From positions 248,001-312,000 of the forward strand of contig MU005965.1 of NCBI GenBank assembly GCA_010093745.1: DNA of 64,000 nucleotides. Reading direction: 5' to 3'. This DNA is from Piedraia hortae CBS 480.64. Lineage: Eukaryota. The notes under the pieces are model-generated. The model was not told where the DNA came from. It saw nothing but the letters and a program-made list of their open reading frames with translations, and did no database searches. A program made the translations under genes and the position numbers. Of the stretch, positions 31,921 through 43,735 are shown piece by piece (the first letter of the stretch is position 1; every line of letters begins with the position of its first letter).

Positions 31921-34900
31921 TTACCGGTTCGTTGCCTTGGCCAGGTGAATGAGTCTCTTGACTCCAGGCATCCACTTTCCCCCTTCGCTTTCGAGTTTTT
32001 CCTTCTCCAATTTAGAGTAGCGTGCCAATGCATCGTCGAACTCCTTCTTTTCCACCGCTCGACAAATCTGTAGCACATCCTGTTCCGTCTCCGGCGACAG
32101 TGTATCCTGAGCACTCAGCCGGTTGAACAAGATGTGTCTGGAAATTGTCAGTATCGAGTAGAAGATTGGGAAGATGTATCACTCACAGTCGTTTCACCAT
32201 GTCATCCACCTGCGCCTTGTAAGCGGCCGGCGTCAAGCTTTTTATATGGTCCATTTGGAAGTTCATAATGTTGACAATCGGCTGCACATGCGCTGGATAG
32301 GTTTGATTCGCCGAGCCGGTCTGCCGCGACTGCCCAGGCGGAGGGGTTGCCATTGGTGGTGGGGCCGAAGGCGTTGTACGCGGTGGCCCTGCTGGACCTC
32401 CGGGCGGACCTCCAGGCGGACCGGTTGATGATCTTGAAGGTCCTCCAGGTGGCCCCGGCGGCCCAGACGGCGCTCTAGGAGGCCCTCCAGGCGGACCACC
32501 AGGTGGCCCTCCATATGGAAGAGTAGTTTGCTGTTGGAACGGTGGCTGAGCAGCGCCTGAAGGAGCATAGGGACCGCCTTGCGGCGCTGCATACGGATTC
32601 GGGGCTACTCTTCTTGGCGGCGCCATGCCAGGGCCCGAAGCAGGCGCTGGTTGCGAGCCAGGTGCCGGTGCATATCGAGAGGTTGGAGCCCCGCTTGACG
32701 TTGCGGGCGGAGGCTGATAAGGCGAGGGACCCCGTGGGATTGGAGGGGTTCCGGGGGCAGGTAACGTAGACCCTGTTGGCTGTTGAGGAACGTATGTCGT
32801 CGACGATGTGCGCTTGGGTTCCGGCGGCGAAAATGCATTCATTGGTGGACTCGCCAATCCCGACGGTGTCCTTTCGCCAGCCTTTGGCGGTGGAGGAAGG
32901 GGTGCTGCTTTCGGCGGCTGCATCGCTTGCGGCCCGCCATACAATCCCATAGGAGGCTGTCCCGGGCCCAATGGAGGAGCATGGGAGAAAGATGAGTTCG
33001 TCGGCTGCGTAGTTGCTGGTGTACGGCTCCGGGGAGTTGGCTGCCGCTTTTCGAAGAAATCAGCAGGCATATCGTTCCAATCGCCGGCTTTAGATGACGA
33101 CGTTGTTTGGGCTACAGATGGCGAGGAAGTGCCGGCACGTGGCGGCGGTGGAAGAGGCTGCTGGGCCGCTGCAGGTTGGCCATATGGAGCCATGGGGGTG
33201 GCTGCCTGGTGGAACGTGGGAGCATAGGCGCCTCCAGCCGGAGCATAGGGGCTCGCTTGAGGCACTCCAGGAGCATATGGTACTGTCTGAGCAGCGTTGG
33301 GGGCATATGGAGATGGAGCATTGCGGGCCTGATTGATCAAAGGAGCAGCGGGCTTGAAAGCGGCTGCTGGAGCTGCTGCGGGAGCAGTCTGTGCCGCTGG
33401 TTGAGCACCACGACGAGAGCCGGTCTTACCAGACGTTGCCTGTTGAACCCTCTGCTGAGCACTCGAAGCGCCGTTAAACTCGCCTGGAAGGAGGGCAAGA
33501 TAGCGCTGGGCCGTTGCCAGCTGTCCATGAGAAGCCAATATATCAGCATACTCAGCGTAGAGTCGGTACAGCGGTGCCAACTTCCACTCTTCTTGGCCTT
33601 GCAGATGGCTGTCTTGGAAGTTGGTGACCTTGCGGAACACCGACACCTTTTCAATGAAATTCTGCAGACACTTTGCGTGCACAGAGAAACTGTTAGTTCC
33701 CTCTGTCGAGGCGTCCAAGGCTGCCGTCTCCTGCTCCCGCAGCTCCTGGACCCAGTTGATGACAACCTTCTCCAGCTTCGAGCCAATCAAGTAGCAGAAC
33801 GATGCATCCCGCCGCGAACAGTCCTTGTGGCCCTGCTGGAAGCCTTCTTCCAGCCGATCACCCAGCGCCTCGCATAGGTCTGGGAACTCGGTCTCATCGG
33901 CATAAGTGCACAGCGTGGCAATGATGTCCCGCCAATCCCGGAGATCTGCATTGTGCACAACGTCCCACAAGTTCTTGCCTACAATGCTCGCCAACAGACG
34001 CAGGTAGCCGGGGCCGTTGGACTTTTTCAAATACGCATTCTGGGCCTTTTCGATGCACTTTTGGTCGCCGCACACGGCAATCATGAAGGCATCCGACATG
34101 CGGTCCTCTTTCAGACAAATATCCAACGCCTTTTCAAACTGACCCAGCAGGAGTGCGCGGGTGATGCTCTTGTCGGCCTCGGAGTCCGAGTCGCGGTGCA
34201 CCTGGAACGGATTGTTGGTCTTGGCACCTTTGGTCGAGGCCAAACTGGCGAGAAACTCGTCGTCGTTGCCATCATCGCCGAAGAAGTCGTCCTTGTCGGT
34301 CGTTTTCGCTGCCTTTTCCTTGGTCTCTTCGCTCTGGGCAGGGACATCGTCGACAAAGCCAACATACTCCCTCAATTCCTTACGAGATTTACCAGCATTC
34401 AGCGTGGCAATGACCTTCCACTCGCTCCTCTCCTCATCAGTCTGAGCTTCCTGGATCTTTGCTTCGCAGATGCTAGCCAGATCACCGTCGCGAAGCTTCT
34501 GCTCAAATTCAACAGCGGCTTCACCAACGGCAGGATCGGCTTCAACCGTGTCGATGCTAACCACACTCTTACCGCCAGACAGCCGCAGACGCACGAGTTT
34601 GCCCCCAAACCCAAACGACACGCCCACAGGGCTGGCGGCCCATTTGGGGGCTTTGGTCAGGTTGAAGTGGATATCCTGCGGCTCGACCTTTGCCTGTTCA
34701 AAAAAGTCATCACCATCCGCGCCGCTGGTGCTAGTGGGGCCATCTGGTTTGGAACTGCTGGACTGGATCGAAGTGATGACAATTTTGCCGTCAAACGAGG
34801 CACTGGCAATGACATTTGGATTGTGCGGGTTCCAGTTTGTCTGGAAGGCCCAGTTGGAGCCTGCAGCAAAGTCTCCGCATTGTTCTCCCGTCCGCGCGTC

Positions 34901-35758
34901 CCAGCAGATCGTACGATTGTCCTTTCCGCACGAGAGCAACAGACTAGCGTCCTGTCGACACCAGGACAGGCCGAGCACGCCCAGATCATGGCCTTTGAGG
35001 ATCCTCTCTGGCGTGCCGCTGTTACGCAGACTCCACAGATAGACGGCAGGCTCTTGGTCAGAGGAGGTTGCTGTGGCGAGCCGCGTGGACTCTTCTGGGT
35101 CCCAGGCGACGGCACTCACCGGCTTGCGGCCATGGTTGTTCAGCGTCATGAGCTCCTTCCGCTGCTTGACATCCCACACGGTAACAAACCCAGCACTACT
35201 CCCAACCGACAGAATATGAGCCGTCTTCTCCGTCTTATTCCAATCCAAACACTCGAGGTCATCTGCACGAGCTACGGTGGCACCCAGACGAGCAGCCTTG
35301 GAGATATCATTCAAATCATACAGAAATATCTCTCCCTTGGCGCCCACCGACGCCAGCAAATTAGGCCGCGTGGGGTTCCACTGCAGTGCTTTAACAGGAC
35401 CCGAGTGTTTCTGAGTCGACGAGATGCGTGCGGCCTCGCCCTGACCGTCTCGAAGCTTGACAGCATCCCAGAGCTCGACGGCGCCATTATCCAACGCTCC
35501 GGCAACAACACCGAGGGGGTAAGAATCCGACGGCTTGCTCCAGGCAATATCATTGAACCCAGCAGCCGTAGAGACGTTGGCCACGGCCGTAGGACCTCGC
35601 GCGTCGGGCTCATCCAGGGCCAGATCCCACAACTCCAGTCGAGTCTCGGCGGAGAAATCATCCGTCACGGCGCCGGCCCGCGTGCCCGTAACGAGCCATG
35701 GCACCGCACCCGGAGACCAGGCAAACACGGCCGTCCGGTCAAGCGTACGGAGGACCAT
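31921..35758 (-). CDS. SEC31: COPII outer-coat protein (one intron ~32138-32186)
   Basis: RTAVFAWSP N-terminal WD40 region, APKW...GVSFGFGGKL, ACE1 region, Pro-rich linker, C-terminal KWMPGVKRLI. Confidence 0.96.
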
Positions 35759-35813
35759 CGTGTCTCGATTCTATGCTGAGGGCGAACGCCGCGCCAGCTG
35801 TTGCTGTCGGCGT

Positions 35814-35830
35814 CACGTGGACGTCACGTG
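35814..35830. promoter_or_regulatory. Tandem CACGTG boxes in the SEC31 / RRM-gene bidirectional promoter
   Basis: CACGTG-GACGT-CACGTG within a 134-bp intergenic gap. Confidence 0.5.
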
Positions 35831-35892
35831 ATCCACAACGCACTTGATCAGAATTAACGACAGCTATCTGAGGTAAGCAGTGGTAAGACCGA

Positions 35893-36374
35893 ATGTCAGA
35901 CCTCAAGTCCACACTCTACGTGAGCGGCTTGGACCCGGCAGTGACGGCTCAGACGCTGCACGATGCGTTTGTGCCTTTTGGTGAGATTGCTGACATCACG
36001 TTCCCAGATGATGAACCGACGGAGCCGTCGCGACATAGCACACACAAGGGTTTTGCTCTGGTAGAATTTTCATTGGCAGAAGATGCCCTGGAAGCTATCG
36101 ACAACATGGACCAATCTAAAATCTTTGGCCGGGTCGTACACGTCAATATAGCAAAGAAGAATACCCACAAAGCTGCCATTGAGGGCTTGAATAGCCGGAC
36201 AGCCCTCTGGGAGCAGGTGTGCTTATCCCGTCTCCTCAAAACCACATCTAACGTGCGACACAGGAGGACTACGCCGAGCGCTTCGTCAAAGACGATCCCG
36301 CCCCAACTGCAACCAACATGGACGCAATGCAGGGCCTCGAAGCCCTAACCGAGGCCGGACCGCACCAACAATAA
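35893..36374 (+). CDS. RRM-only protein related to the cyclophilin E (Cyp33) N-terminus; intron 36217-36263
   Basis: TLYVSGL (RNP2), AFVPFGEI, HKGFALVEF (RNP1), EAIDNMD; tail DAMQGLE. Confidence 0.85.
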
Positions 36375-36440
36375 AATCAACCCAACCAAACCACTCCACA
36401 ACGGATATCAATCCCACCACACAACATACGCAGCGCATAT

Positions 36441-38201
36441 CTACGCTTCGGTCATGGCCCCCCTATCCACCCGCTCATTCCACCAAAACGCAACCTCACC
36501 CGCCCCACCACGTATCCCATTCGAGGTCAAATCAAGCGCAACAAACGCATCAACAGCGTCAGGCACACTCTTAAATTCCAAAAACACCAACTTTTCCCTT
36601 AATCTACCCACCCGCACGGGACGCTGCCAATTAGGAATTCCATCCACCAACCTCCTAAGCTCCAGCTCCCCATTAACCTCCCTAACAGTCAGAATCCGCG
36701 AGAGACGCACATTCTTCACAAAAGACGAGACCTCCAGCTCAACAGGGTGCGCGGGTGCGAAGACGCATTCTGCGCGGCCGTGGGAGGGGACTTTGGCTGC
36801 TTCGCGGACGAAGGCCTCCGCCGCTGTGGTGTGGGTAAACGTGACAACCGCCGTCTCCGTCTCCAGGGGCGGTTTTGTTGTCAAGCGGCTTGTTTCGGCT
36901 AGGGTAATGGAGAAGATTTCTCCTTGGATGCGGTCGATGACGTCTAGGATTGATGTTCCGCGGGGGAGGCCGGAGATGAGAACTGTGCGGAGGTTTTCGG
37001 GATCGTGGGTGTAGCGGTAGTGGAAGAGGGCGTGCTCGTTTGGGGGATAAGAGCAGCATGGGGGTAGTGTATGGCGTGGATGTTCCCGAGATTGTTGGAA
37101 GAGGCGGACGGCGGCTCTTACTTGCCGCTCTTTCCATGTTTCGGGCCGGTCGGATCGAAGCATTTCTGGTGTAGGGGCGTTGGGTTGTGGTCTGGGGATG
37201 TTTGTTGACATTCTGCCGAGACGGGAGTCTCGTACTGCCCAGGTGGAGGAGTGTATTCTCTTTTCTGCCCTTTTGGGGAATTGTGTATAATTTTCTGACG
37301 TGGTTGGACGAGGAGGATCTCTTTCTGTTCCTGATGTGCTTGGGCGGGACATATCCGTTACCATTACAGAACGAGGAATATCCTGCTTTGCTCTGCGTGG
37401 GCAAGAGATATCTGCTTTTGTAGGGTTGGAGAGAAGAACATCTCTCTTGGTCGGAATCGAGTTGGAGGTGCTCTTGATTGCAGTTGAGTTGGAGGCGTCC
37501 TTCTTCGGCGGGTCTAGGCGGGAGGTATTCTTCGTGGTTGGATCTGAGCCCGAAGCATCCTTCTTTGGCAGATCTGGGTGGGAAGTGTCATTCTTTCCCG
37601 AATCTGGACAGGAAGCATCCTTTCTCGTCGGATTTAATAGCGAGGTGTCTTTCTTGTCTGGGTCCGGGCGAAAAGGACCCTTCCCTGCTGTATCTAGACG
37701 CGAAGCCTCCTTGATCGGGTTTGGGTGTGAGATATCCTTTGCTGTTGCGCCTGGACGAGAAGTATCCTTCGGCTGTACTGCACCAGCAACATCCTTCCTC
37801 GTAGAGTCTGAACACGAAGCATCCTTCTTTGCCAAGTTGAGCAGCGAAACGCTCTTGACCAACCCACTACTAGGCCCTTGGTTCGTCCCAACCCTCCCCT
37901 TCGCTGCCCTACTCATCAACGATAACTTATTCTCCACCCTAATCGGATACCCCACATTCCTCCTTCCTTTTGGCAAATTCTTCTTCTCAATCCTACTCTG
38001 ATGTGCCTTATTTGAACTCCCACTCTCACTCTGCCTGGTAACTCCCTCCCCTCTGTATCCTTCCGCATGCAACTGCGTCCTCTTGGCAGGTCTCTCCACC
38101 GCATCCTTTGCGTTCTCACCGTCCTCCCTCCGCCGTTTCGAAACCTTATCGCTATCAAAGTTCACATTGGATGAAACAGTTACAGCAGGAAACGGTGACA
38201 T
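36441..38201 (-). CDS. Hypothetical protein: ~10-aa degenerate repeat array plus C-terminal RRM-like domains
   Basis: Long open frame; RTVLISGLPRGTSILDVIDRI...AVVTF...AEAF resembles an RRM fold. Confidence 0.7.
   Translation of the reverse strand: MSPFPAVTVSSNVNFDSDKVSKRRREDGENAKDAVERPAKRTQLHAEGYRGEGVTRQSESGSSNKAHQSRIEKKNLPKGRRNVGYPIRVENKLSLMSRAAKGRVGTNQGPSSGLVKSVSLLNLAKKDASCSDSTRKDVAGAVQPKDTSRPGATAKDISHPNPIKEASRLDTAGKGPFRPDPDKKDTSLLNPTRKDASCPDSGKNDTSHPDLPKKDASGSDPTTKNTSRLDPPKKDASNSTAIKSTSNSIPTKRDVLLSNPTKADISCPRRAKQDIPRSVMVTDMSRPSTSGTERDPPRPTTSENYTQFPKRAEKRIHSSTWAVRDSRLGRMSTNIPRPQPNAPTPEMLRSDRPETWKERQVRAAVRLFQQSREHPRHTLPPCCSYPPNEHALFHYRYTHDPENLRTVLISGLPRGTSILDVIDRIQGEIFSITLAETSRLTTKPPLETETAVVTFTHTTAAEAFVREAAKVPSHGRAECVFAPAHPVELEVSSFVKNVRLSRILTVREVNGELELRRLVDGIPNWQRPVRVGRLREKLVFLEFKSVPDAVDAFVALDLTSNGIRGGAGEVAFWWNERVDRGAMTEA
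37310..37860. repeat. Degenerate ~30-bp coding repeat (KDxSxxxPxK), ~17 units
   Basis: KDASCSDSTR, KDTSRPGATA, KDTSLLNPTR, KDASCPDSGK, KDASGSDPTT, KNTSRLDPPK and others. Confidence 0.8.
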
Positions 38202-38604
38202 GACTTGATGCGGAAGGTGACACAACAATGTCACTAAGAAGAAAACATATATAACGTCACTAGTTTGCGTGCGTCAACAATGTGTGTCGTTGATGAGTTA
38301 GACTTTCAAGGCGAAATGGGGGGATTGTTGTGGCTGATGAGTATTTGATATTCTGGAGTGGTGCTTTTTGGGGGCAGTCCGTGCTGTGTGGGTTGCTCGT
38401 CAACCAATCAGAGGAGATGAAGAGATGGAAAAAGTTCCGCGCGGTGGGATGGCTGATTGGTTCAACTGCAGAGGCGGAATCCCGCATCCATGAAACGTGC
38501 CGACAGCGTGGGTGACGTCACAAGCATTCACATCCCCATCCCCATCCACGTCAACATCTCATCTAGTGTCCATGGCTATAACCCCCCACCACAGTGTTGT
38601 ATCG

Positions 38605-40237
38605 CTAAATAATAAGATACTCCCCCCCACCCTCCATCGCGCACCTCCAATGCAACACCCTACCCCCAATCGAGGGCAAACACCCCCTCCAAACCCTCTC
38701 CAAAACCCCCAACCCACTCAAATTATTATAAAACCCACTCTCCATCTGAATCCCCACACACCGTCTCCTAATCTCACTCCTCTGCCCTCCATCCGTGCAC
38801 TCCGTCCCCACCATAAAAAGCGGCCAGAGCAGAAACTTATTCACACAACTCCCCAACCCCAGCGCGGTAACATGTCTCATCGCCCGTCCCACCAATCCCT
38901 GAAACTTCTCATCCGCCGACGAAAGTCCCGGATTCGCCAGTCTCGTAAGATACAACAACGCCCCATATCGATAAAGCTCATTCAGATGCCAAATATCCCT
39001 ATCCCCACTCGCACCCTCCCACCCGTTAAGCTTCGTAACAATATCCTCCCACTCCCCCCAAAACTCCGTCCTCGCGTCAGGATACCCTACCTCGTTGCCC
39101 GTCCACGCACCCAGCGATCTCTTCACCGCCCTCCCCTGCGCAAGCAAATTCGCGGTCCCCAACCTCTCGATCAGCGCGAACAGTGTCCTATCACATCCCG
39201 AGAACAACTCCAACGTCCCCACATCGTTTGATGAGAAATTACTATGCAGCTGCACCTCCCGATCGTTCAAAGCGGAGGTCATCACATCCAACCACGTAAA
39301 AAACAGCTGCACCCAAGCGGAGGTTTCCGTGGAACGTTTCATCGATACCCGCCGTAAGCGGAGGAGTGTCTGCACGCCTAAGAGTTGGGACTGGAAGTGG
39401 CAGAACCCGCTTTGACTGACGTGGAAGAGGCACAGGATTGGAAGCGTCGCGAGGACGGAGTCGTCCTGTGCCGTGTCGGGCCGGGAGAGATGTTTGTTCA
39501 GTTGGTTGATGGAGGTTTGGCGGTAAAGGCGTTCTTCTGCGAGGGCGGCGGGGTTGGTGAGTTGCGAGGGTGAGTGCGCTGTGTAGAGGAGGGAATTGCA
39601 GCTTTGGAGGCGCATGCGGATGTTGTTTGCTGATAGGGCTGCTACCGCGTTTTGAAGACATGCGTTGCGTAAAGCGAGGGTGAGGATGTGGCGGCGGTAA
39701 GGGTTGTCAGTACCGTCTTTGGTTACGAGGACGGGGCAGATTTGTTTGTCGTAGTGGTGGATTAGGTACTGGATTCGATGGGGGAGGTGGAAGAAGGGGG
39801 AGGTGGAAGAAGGGGGAGCTGAAACGGGGGTCGGCGATGGGTGTGGGAGAGAGCTGTTGAGGAGGATGGGCGGGTAAGATTGGAGGTAGGTCACCCTGCG
39901 GTTGTGATGTAGAGCGATTTTGAGAAAGGGTGCCTAGTTGTGCCTGGGCCCCATCAATGCAAGTGGATTGAGTAGTCGCTGCCTCGTTCACGTCCCTGAC
40001 TGGCAGCTTCTCCTGTGAAATAGGACAAGTCCGACCTCGAAGCTTGCCTCTGGAAGCTATACCCACTCCCCACGTAAGCACCGTTCTATACCCAGAACAC
40101 TGCCTTCCAAGCTCAATGCATTGCGTACAATACGGTCTCTTCCGATCGCAAACAGCACCCCTCTTTGTACATGCAAAGCAATCCTCATGCGCAAGCGTAC
40201 TCCTTGTCTTACCCTTTCGCTGCAGTCGAGACGTCAT
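38605..40237 (-). pseudogene. Zn2Cys6 transcription factor, acr-2-like, frameshifted in this assembly by a 16-bp duplication at 39780-39811
   Basis: CFAC...CDRKRPYCTQC......CSGY..LTWGVGIASRGKLRG in one frame and a Fungal_trans_2-type domain (DNPYR, FTWLDV, LLWPLF..GTEC) in another. SPFFHLP appears in both frames. Confidence 0.75.
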
Positions 40238-40467
40238 TCCCACGTGGGAGTAATACGAGCTCCACGTGAACTGGAGAAAAAGAAGGAGGAAGATGCAGAA
40301 AGATCGGTTGCCCTGGAGGGCAGCAGATCATTTTGGCCGGAGTCATCGGAGAAAGCCGACGTCGTAGTCAATCAGGCTGCCCGATTGGCGGCCGTTGCAC
40401 GACGTTGATGACTTGCATGGGGCAGGGTTCACTTCAAAAAATAAATCAATTTAGATCAAATGACTGG

Positions 40468-42228
40468 TCAGAACAAGTCCGTCATGGCCCCGTGGCTCGC
40501 ATCGCCCACCAGGTGAGCATACTTTGCCAAAACCCCCCTTGTAACGGGCGTTGGAGGCGGTTTCCACTCTGCCAGTCTCTTCTTCATCTCATCATCATCG
40601 ATTTCCACATCCATCGTGTGCTTCTCCGCATCAATCGTGATCACGTCCCCATCGCGAACAACAGCAATAGGGCCCCCCGCGACCGCCTCAGGCGTAATAT
40701 GCCCAACAATAAACCCGTGCGAAGCACCAGAGTACCGTCCGTCCGTAACAAGGGCAACATTCTTCAACCCCGCCCCCATAATTGCCGCACTTGCTTTGAG
40801 TTGCTCCGGCATCCCCGGTCCACCCTTAGGACCCTCATAACGCACAACCAACACAAGCTTTTCCGTCTTCGAAATCTCCCCCCGGTTAAGGGCCTCATCC
40901 AACCCATGCTCCTTGTCAAAAACCCTCGCCCTTCCCGTAAACCTCATCCCTTCCTTACCCGTAATCTTCGCCACAGCCCCGCCGGGAGCCAGATTCCCGT
41001 ACAAAATCTCAATATGACCCGTCTTCTTAATCGGGTCATCCAAATTCCTAATAACCTCCTGCCCCTGCCTCAACGAAGGCCACTTCTCCACATTCTGTGC
41101 CAACGTCTGACCCGTCACAGTGACAACCCCCCCATCCAACAACCCCGCAGCGATCAGCAGCTTATGCACGCTCGGAATCCCACCAACATTATACAAATCC
41201 GCCATGAGATGATTCCCGCTCGGCGCAAGGTCCGCGATGAAAGGGATCCGATCACTTACCCTCTGAAAATCATCTAATCCGAGTTCCACCTCTGCTGTGC
41301 CTGCCATGGCTAGCAGGTGGAGAACGCCGTTCGTCGACCCGCCCAAAGCCATCATCATGACCAACGCGTTCTCGAAGCTGCGTTTAGTAAGGCATTGGCG
41401 CGGGAGGATTTGTTTTTGCATGCAGGTTTTGATGGACCGTGCTGCTTTGGTGCATTCTCGCATTTTTTCGGGGCTCGAAGCAGGCGTGCTGGAGGATCCG
41501 GGGAGGGTGAGGCCTAATGTTTCGATGGTCATGGCCATGGTGTTGGCCGTGAACATGCCGCCGCATGCGCCCTGGCCGGGACAGGCGTGTTTTTCGATGT
41601 CGCCGAGGAGGGCGTCTTTGGTTTGGGAGGGGTTGTTGGGGTTTTTGAGGGTGTTGAATAAGTAGGCGCCGTGGGCTTCCAAGGCGGTGGTGATGTTGAT
41701 GGTTTTTTGGAGCAAGGGGCTATAGCCTGGGTTGATGGTGCCTCCGTAGATCATGATGGAGGGACGGTTGTGTCTGGCCATGGCCATGACGCAGCCGGGC
41801 ATGTTCTTGTCACAGCCTGGGATGGTTATGCAGGCATCGTGGAATTGGGCACAGGTTACGGTCTCGATGGAATCGGCAATGATTTCCCTTGTCTGTAGAC
41901 TGAATCTCATACCCTCGCCCCCCATGGTGATGGCATCGCTGACCCCAATGGTATTATACTGCCATCCTATCATCTCCTCCTTCTCCACCGCCCGCTTCAC
42001 CTCCTTGGCAAGGTCGAGCAGATGCATGTTGCATGGGTTTCCCTCCCACCATACCGAAGCTATTCCTACCTGCGGATGGTTCTTCAACGTCTGTTCATCT
42101 GGCACCCCGGCCGCATACAACATGGCCTGGGCGGCGGGAAAGTCATGCTGGCGGGTGATGGTGGATGAGAATTTGTTCAACCCGGAGCCCGGCTTCGAGT
42201 TTGGGAAGTCCAGATATCGAGGCTCCAT
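40468..42228 (-). CDS. ILV3: Dihydroxy-acid dehydratase, paralog lacking an obvious mitochondrial presequence
   Basis: WWEGNPCNMHL; IGVSDAITMG; PGCDKNMPG; GACGGMFTANTM; GGSTN; YEGPKGGPGMPE; TDGRYSG. Confidence 0.95.
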   Translation of the reverse strand: MEPRYLDFPNSKPGSGLNKFSSTITRQHDFPAAQAMLYAAGVPDEQTLKNHPQVGIASVWWEGNPCNMHLLDLAKEVKRAVEKEEMIGWQYNTIGVSDAITMGGEGMRFSLQTREIIADSIETVTCAQFHDACITIPGCDKNMPGCVMAMARHNRPSIMIYGGTINPGYSPLLQKTINITTALEAHGAYLFNTLKNPNNPSQTKDALLGDIEKHACPGQGACGGMFTANTMAMTIETLGLTLPGSSSTPASSPEKMRECTKAARSIKTCMQKQILPRQCLTKRSFENALVMMMALGGSTNGVLHLLAMAGTAEVELGLDDFQRVSDRIPFIADLAPSGNHLMADLYNVGGIPSVHKLLIAAGLLDGGVVTVTGQTLAQNVEKWPSLRQGQEVIRNLDDPIKKTGHIEILYGNLAPGGAVAKITGKEGMRFTGRARVFDKEHGLDEALNRGEISKTEKLVLVVRYEGPKGGPGMPEQLKASAAIMGAGLKNVALVTDGRYSGASHGFIVGHITPEAVAGGPIAVVRDGDVITIDAEKHTMDVEIDDDEMKKRLAEWKPPPTPVTRGVLAKYAHLVGDASHGAMTDLF

Positions 42229-42260
42229 CGTCTTCTTTCTCCTCTTCCCCACCCCCGCTC

Positions 42261-43371
42261 TCAAGATGAACCGGCACGGGCCGAGGGTGGGTCTGTAACG
42301 TTCGCCCGCCATTCGCCGGCGCTGCTCTCGACTGCGTCGTCCTTTGCAGGTGGCGGCGGAGCATCGGTGTCGTCGTCGTCGTCGTCGTCATCGTCATCAT
42401 CAAACACATCTGGATCGACCATTCGTGCATCTTGCTCGTCCGGAAGCGTGTCGTCTGCCGAAACCGAGATTCCTCTTGCTCCCCAATTCCTCGTTCCCGC
42501 CTCTTGTCCCTCCAGATCGTCGTCTCCGTTCCCACTACTCCCCGTCTGTCCCCGGTTAATGAACCTCCCCACCAGCAAACTCCGACTCAAATCATCAGAA
42601 TCAACAACGCCCCCCCCTCTGAGCTTGATCCTCTGCCGACTCCAGTAAACCCACGCAAAGTCAACGTACAGCGCCGTCTGCACGAGCCCAAACAGCACCG
42701 AAATCGGATCAAACCAGCCGTCACCAAAACCGCGGACGAGCCAGTTTAGCAGGTAAAAGAACCTGTAGCTCCCCAGCGTGACGAGGTAGAAACTGTCCAG
42801 CACCGTCGGCACCGTCGTTTGCCGCAGTAGTAGCAGCTGAGGCAGCACGCACACTGATTCCAATTCGATGCTGAACGTCCATAGAACCTAGCCATCCCGT
42901 TAATCAAAACCCTCCCCGAGCATGTCAACAAACAAACCTCACTAAACGTCGTCCTCGTCCACCCGCGGATCAACAAATCCACAACCGGCGCCGTAGCGAG
43001 ACTTCCCGCAAGGGACCAGGCAGCCAGCTTCCATCCATACTCCCTCTCCCTCGTGCGCGTATAGACGCGCATCATCAGAAACACAATATACCCCGAGCTC
43101 GCAATGTAGAATAGCTTCAGAACAAAGTTCCACCAGCTCCACCTGGACATCTTTAGCATGGACATTATTGGGGTAGAAGGATCTCATACCACGGCGGTAC
43201 CCAGAAGAGGTCGAGATATCTCGTCACGAAAACGAGCATGTAGAGCAGCTGCGTCAGCAGCGAGACGCCCTCCGCGCTGCGGTTATTATGGATCGCCCAG
43301 ATGAGAATGCATTTGCTCGCTGTGTGCGAAACGTCGCCCAGGATGCGGAAGATGTTCATGTTGAAGGCCAT
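42261..43371 (-). CDS. ERD2: ER lumen protein-retaining (HDEL) receptor, 2 introns
   Basis: MNIFRILGDVSH; GVSLLTQLLY..VFVTRYLDLF; LESVCVLPQL; LGSYRFFYLLNW; GLVQTALYVDF. Confidence 0.94.
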
Positions 43372-43403
43372 GACAGCCTTGTTTGGTTAGAAAGTGTAGG
43401 GGG

Positions 43404-43420
43404 CACGTGGAATTCACGTG
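43404..43420. promoter_or_regulatory. Tandem CACGTG boxes upstream of ERD2
   Basis: CACGTG-GAATT-CACGTG, 33-49 bp upstream of the ATG. Confidence 0.5.
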
Positions 43421-43532
43421 GGACGCGCAAGCGGGCTGTCACAACTTTATCGCCGGAACGATTGTTGCGGGTTCAATGGGTTATATTTCGGGTCAACTGC
43501 TCAGATTGTAGAGAGAATGAATAGGTATCATT

Positions 43533-43628
<96 letters not shown>

Positions 43629-43638
43629 NNNNNNNNNN

Positions 43639-43733
<95 letters not shown>
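43533..43733. repeat. (CAT)n microsatellite spanning a 10-N gap (43629-43638)
   Basis: Directly visible; true length unknown. Confidence 0.98.

Positions 43734-43734
<1 letters not shown>

Positions 43735-43735
<1 letters not shown>

Noticed and set aside
33953..35779. 608-aa plus-strand ORF and similar long antisense ORFs over BDF1, ILV3 and DPL1
   Set aside because: Shadow frames of strongly conserved genes on the opposite strand, with no recognisable motifs.
39854..39894. 41-nt GTGACC...CAG intron as a rescue of the acr-2-like frameshift
   Set aside because: Weak donor and length 2 mod 3, whereas 1 mod 3 is required to join the frames.
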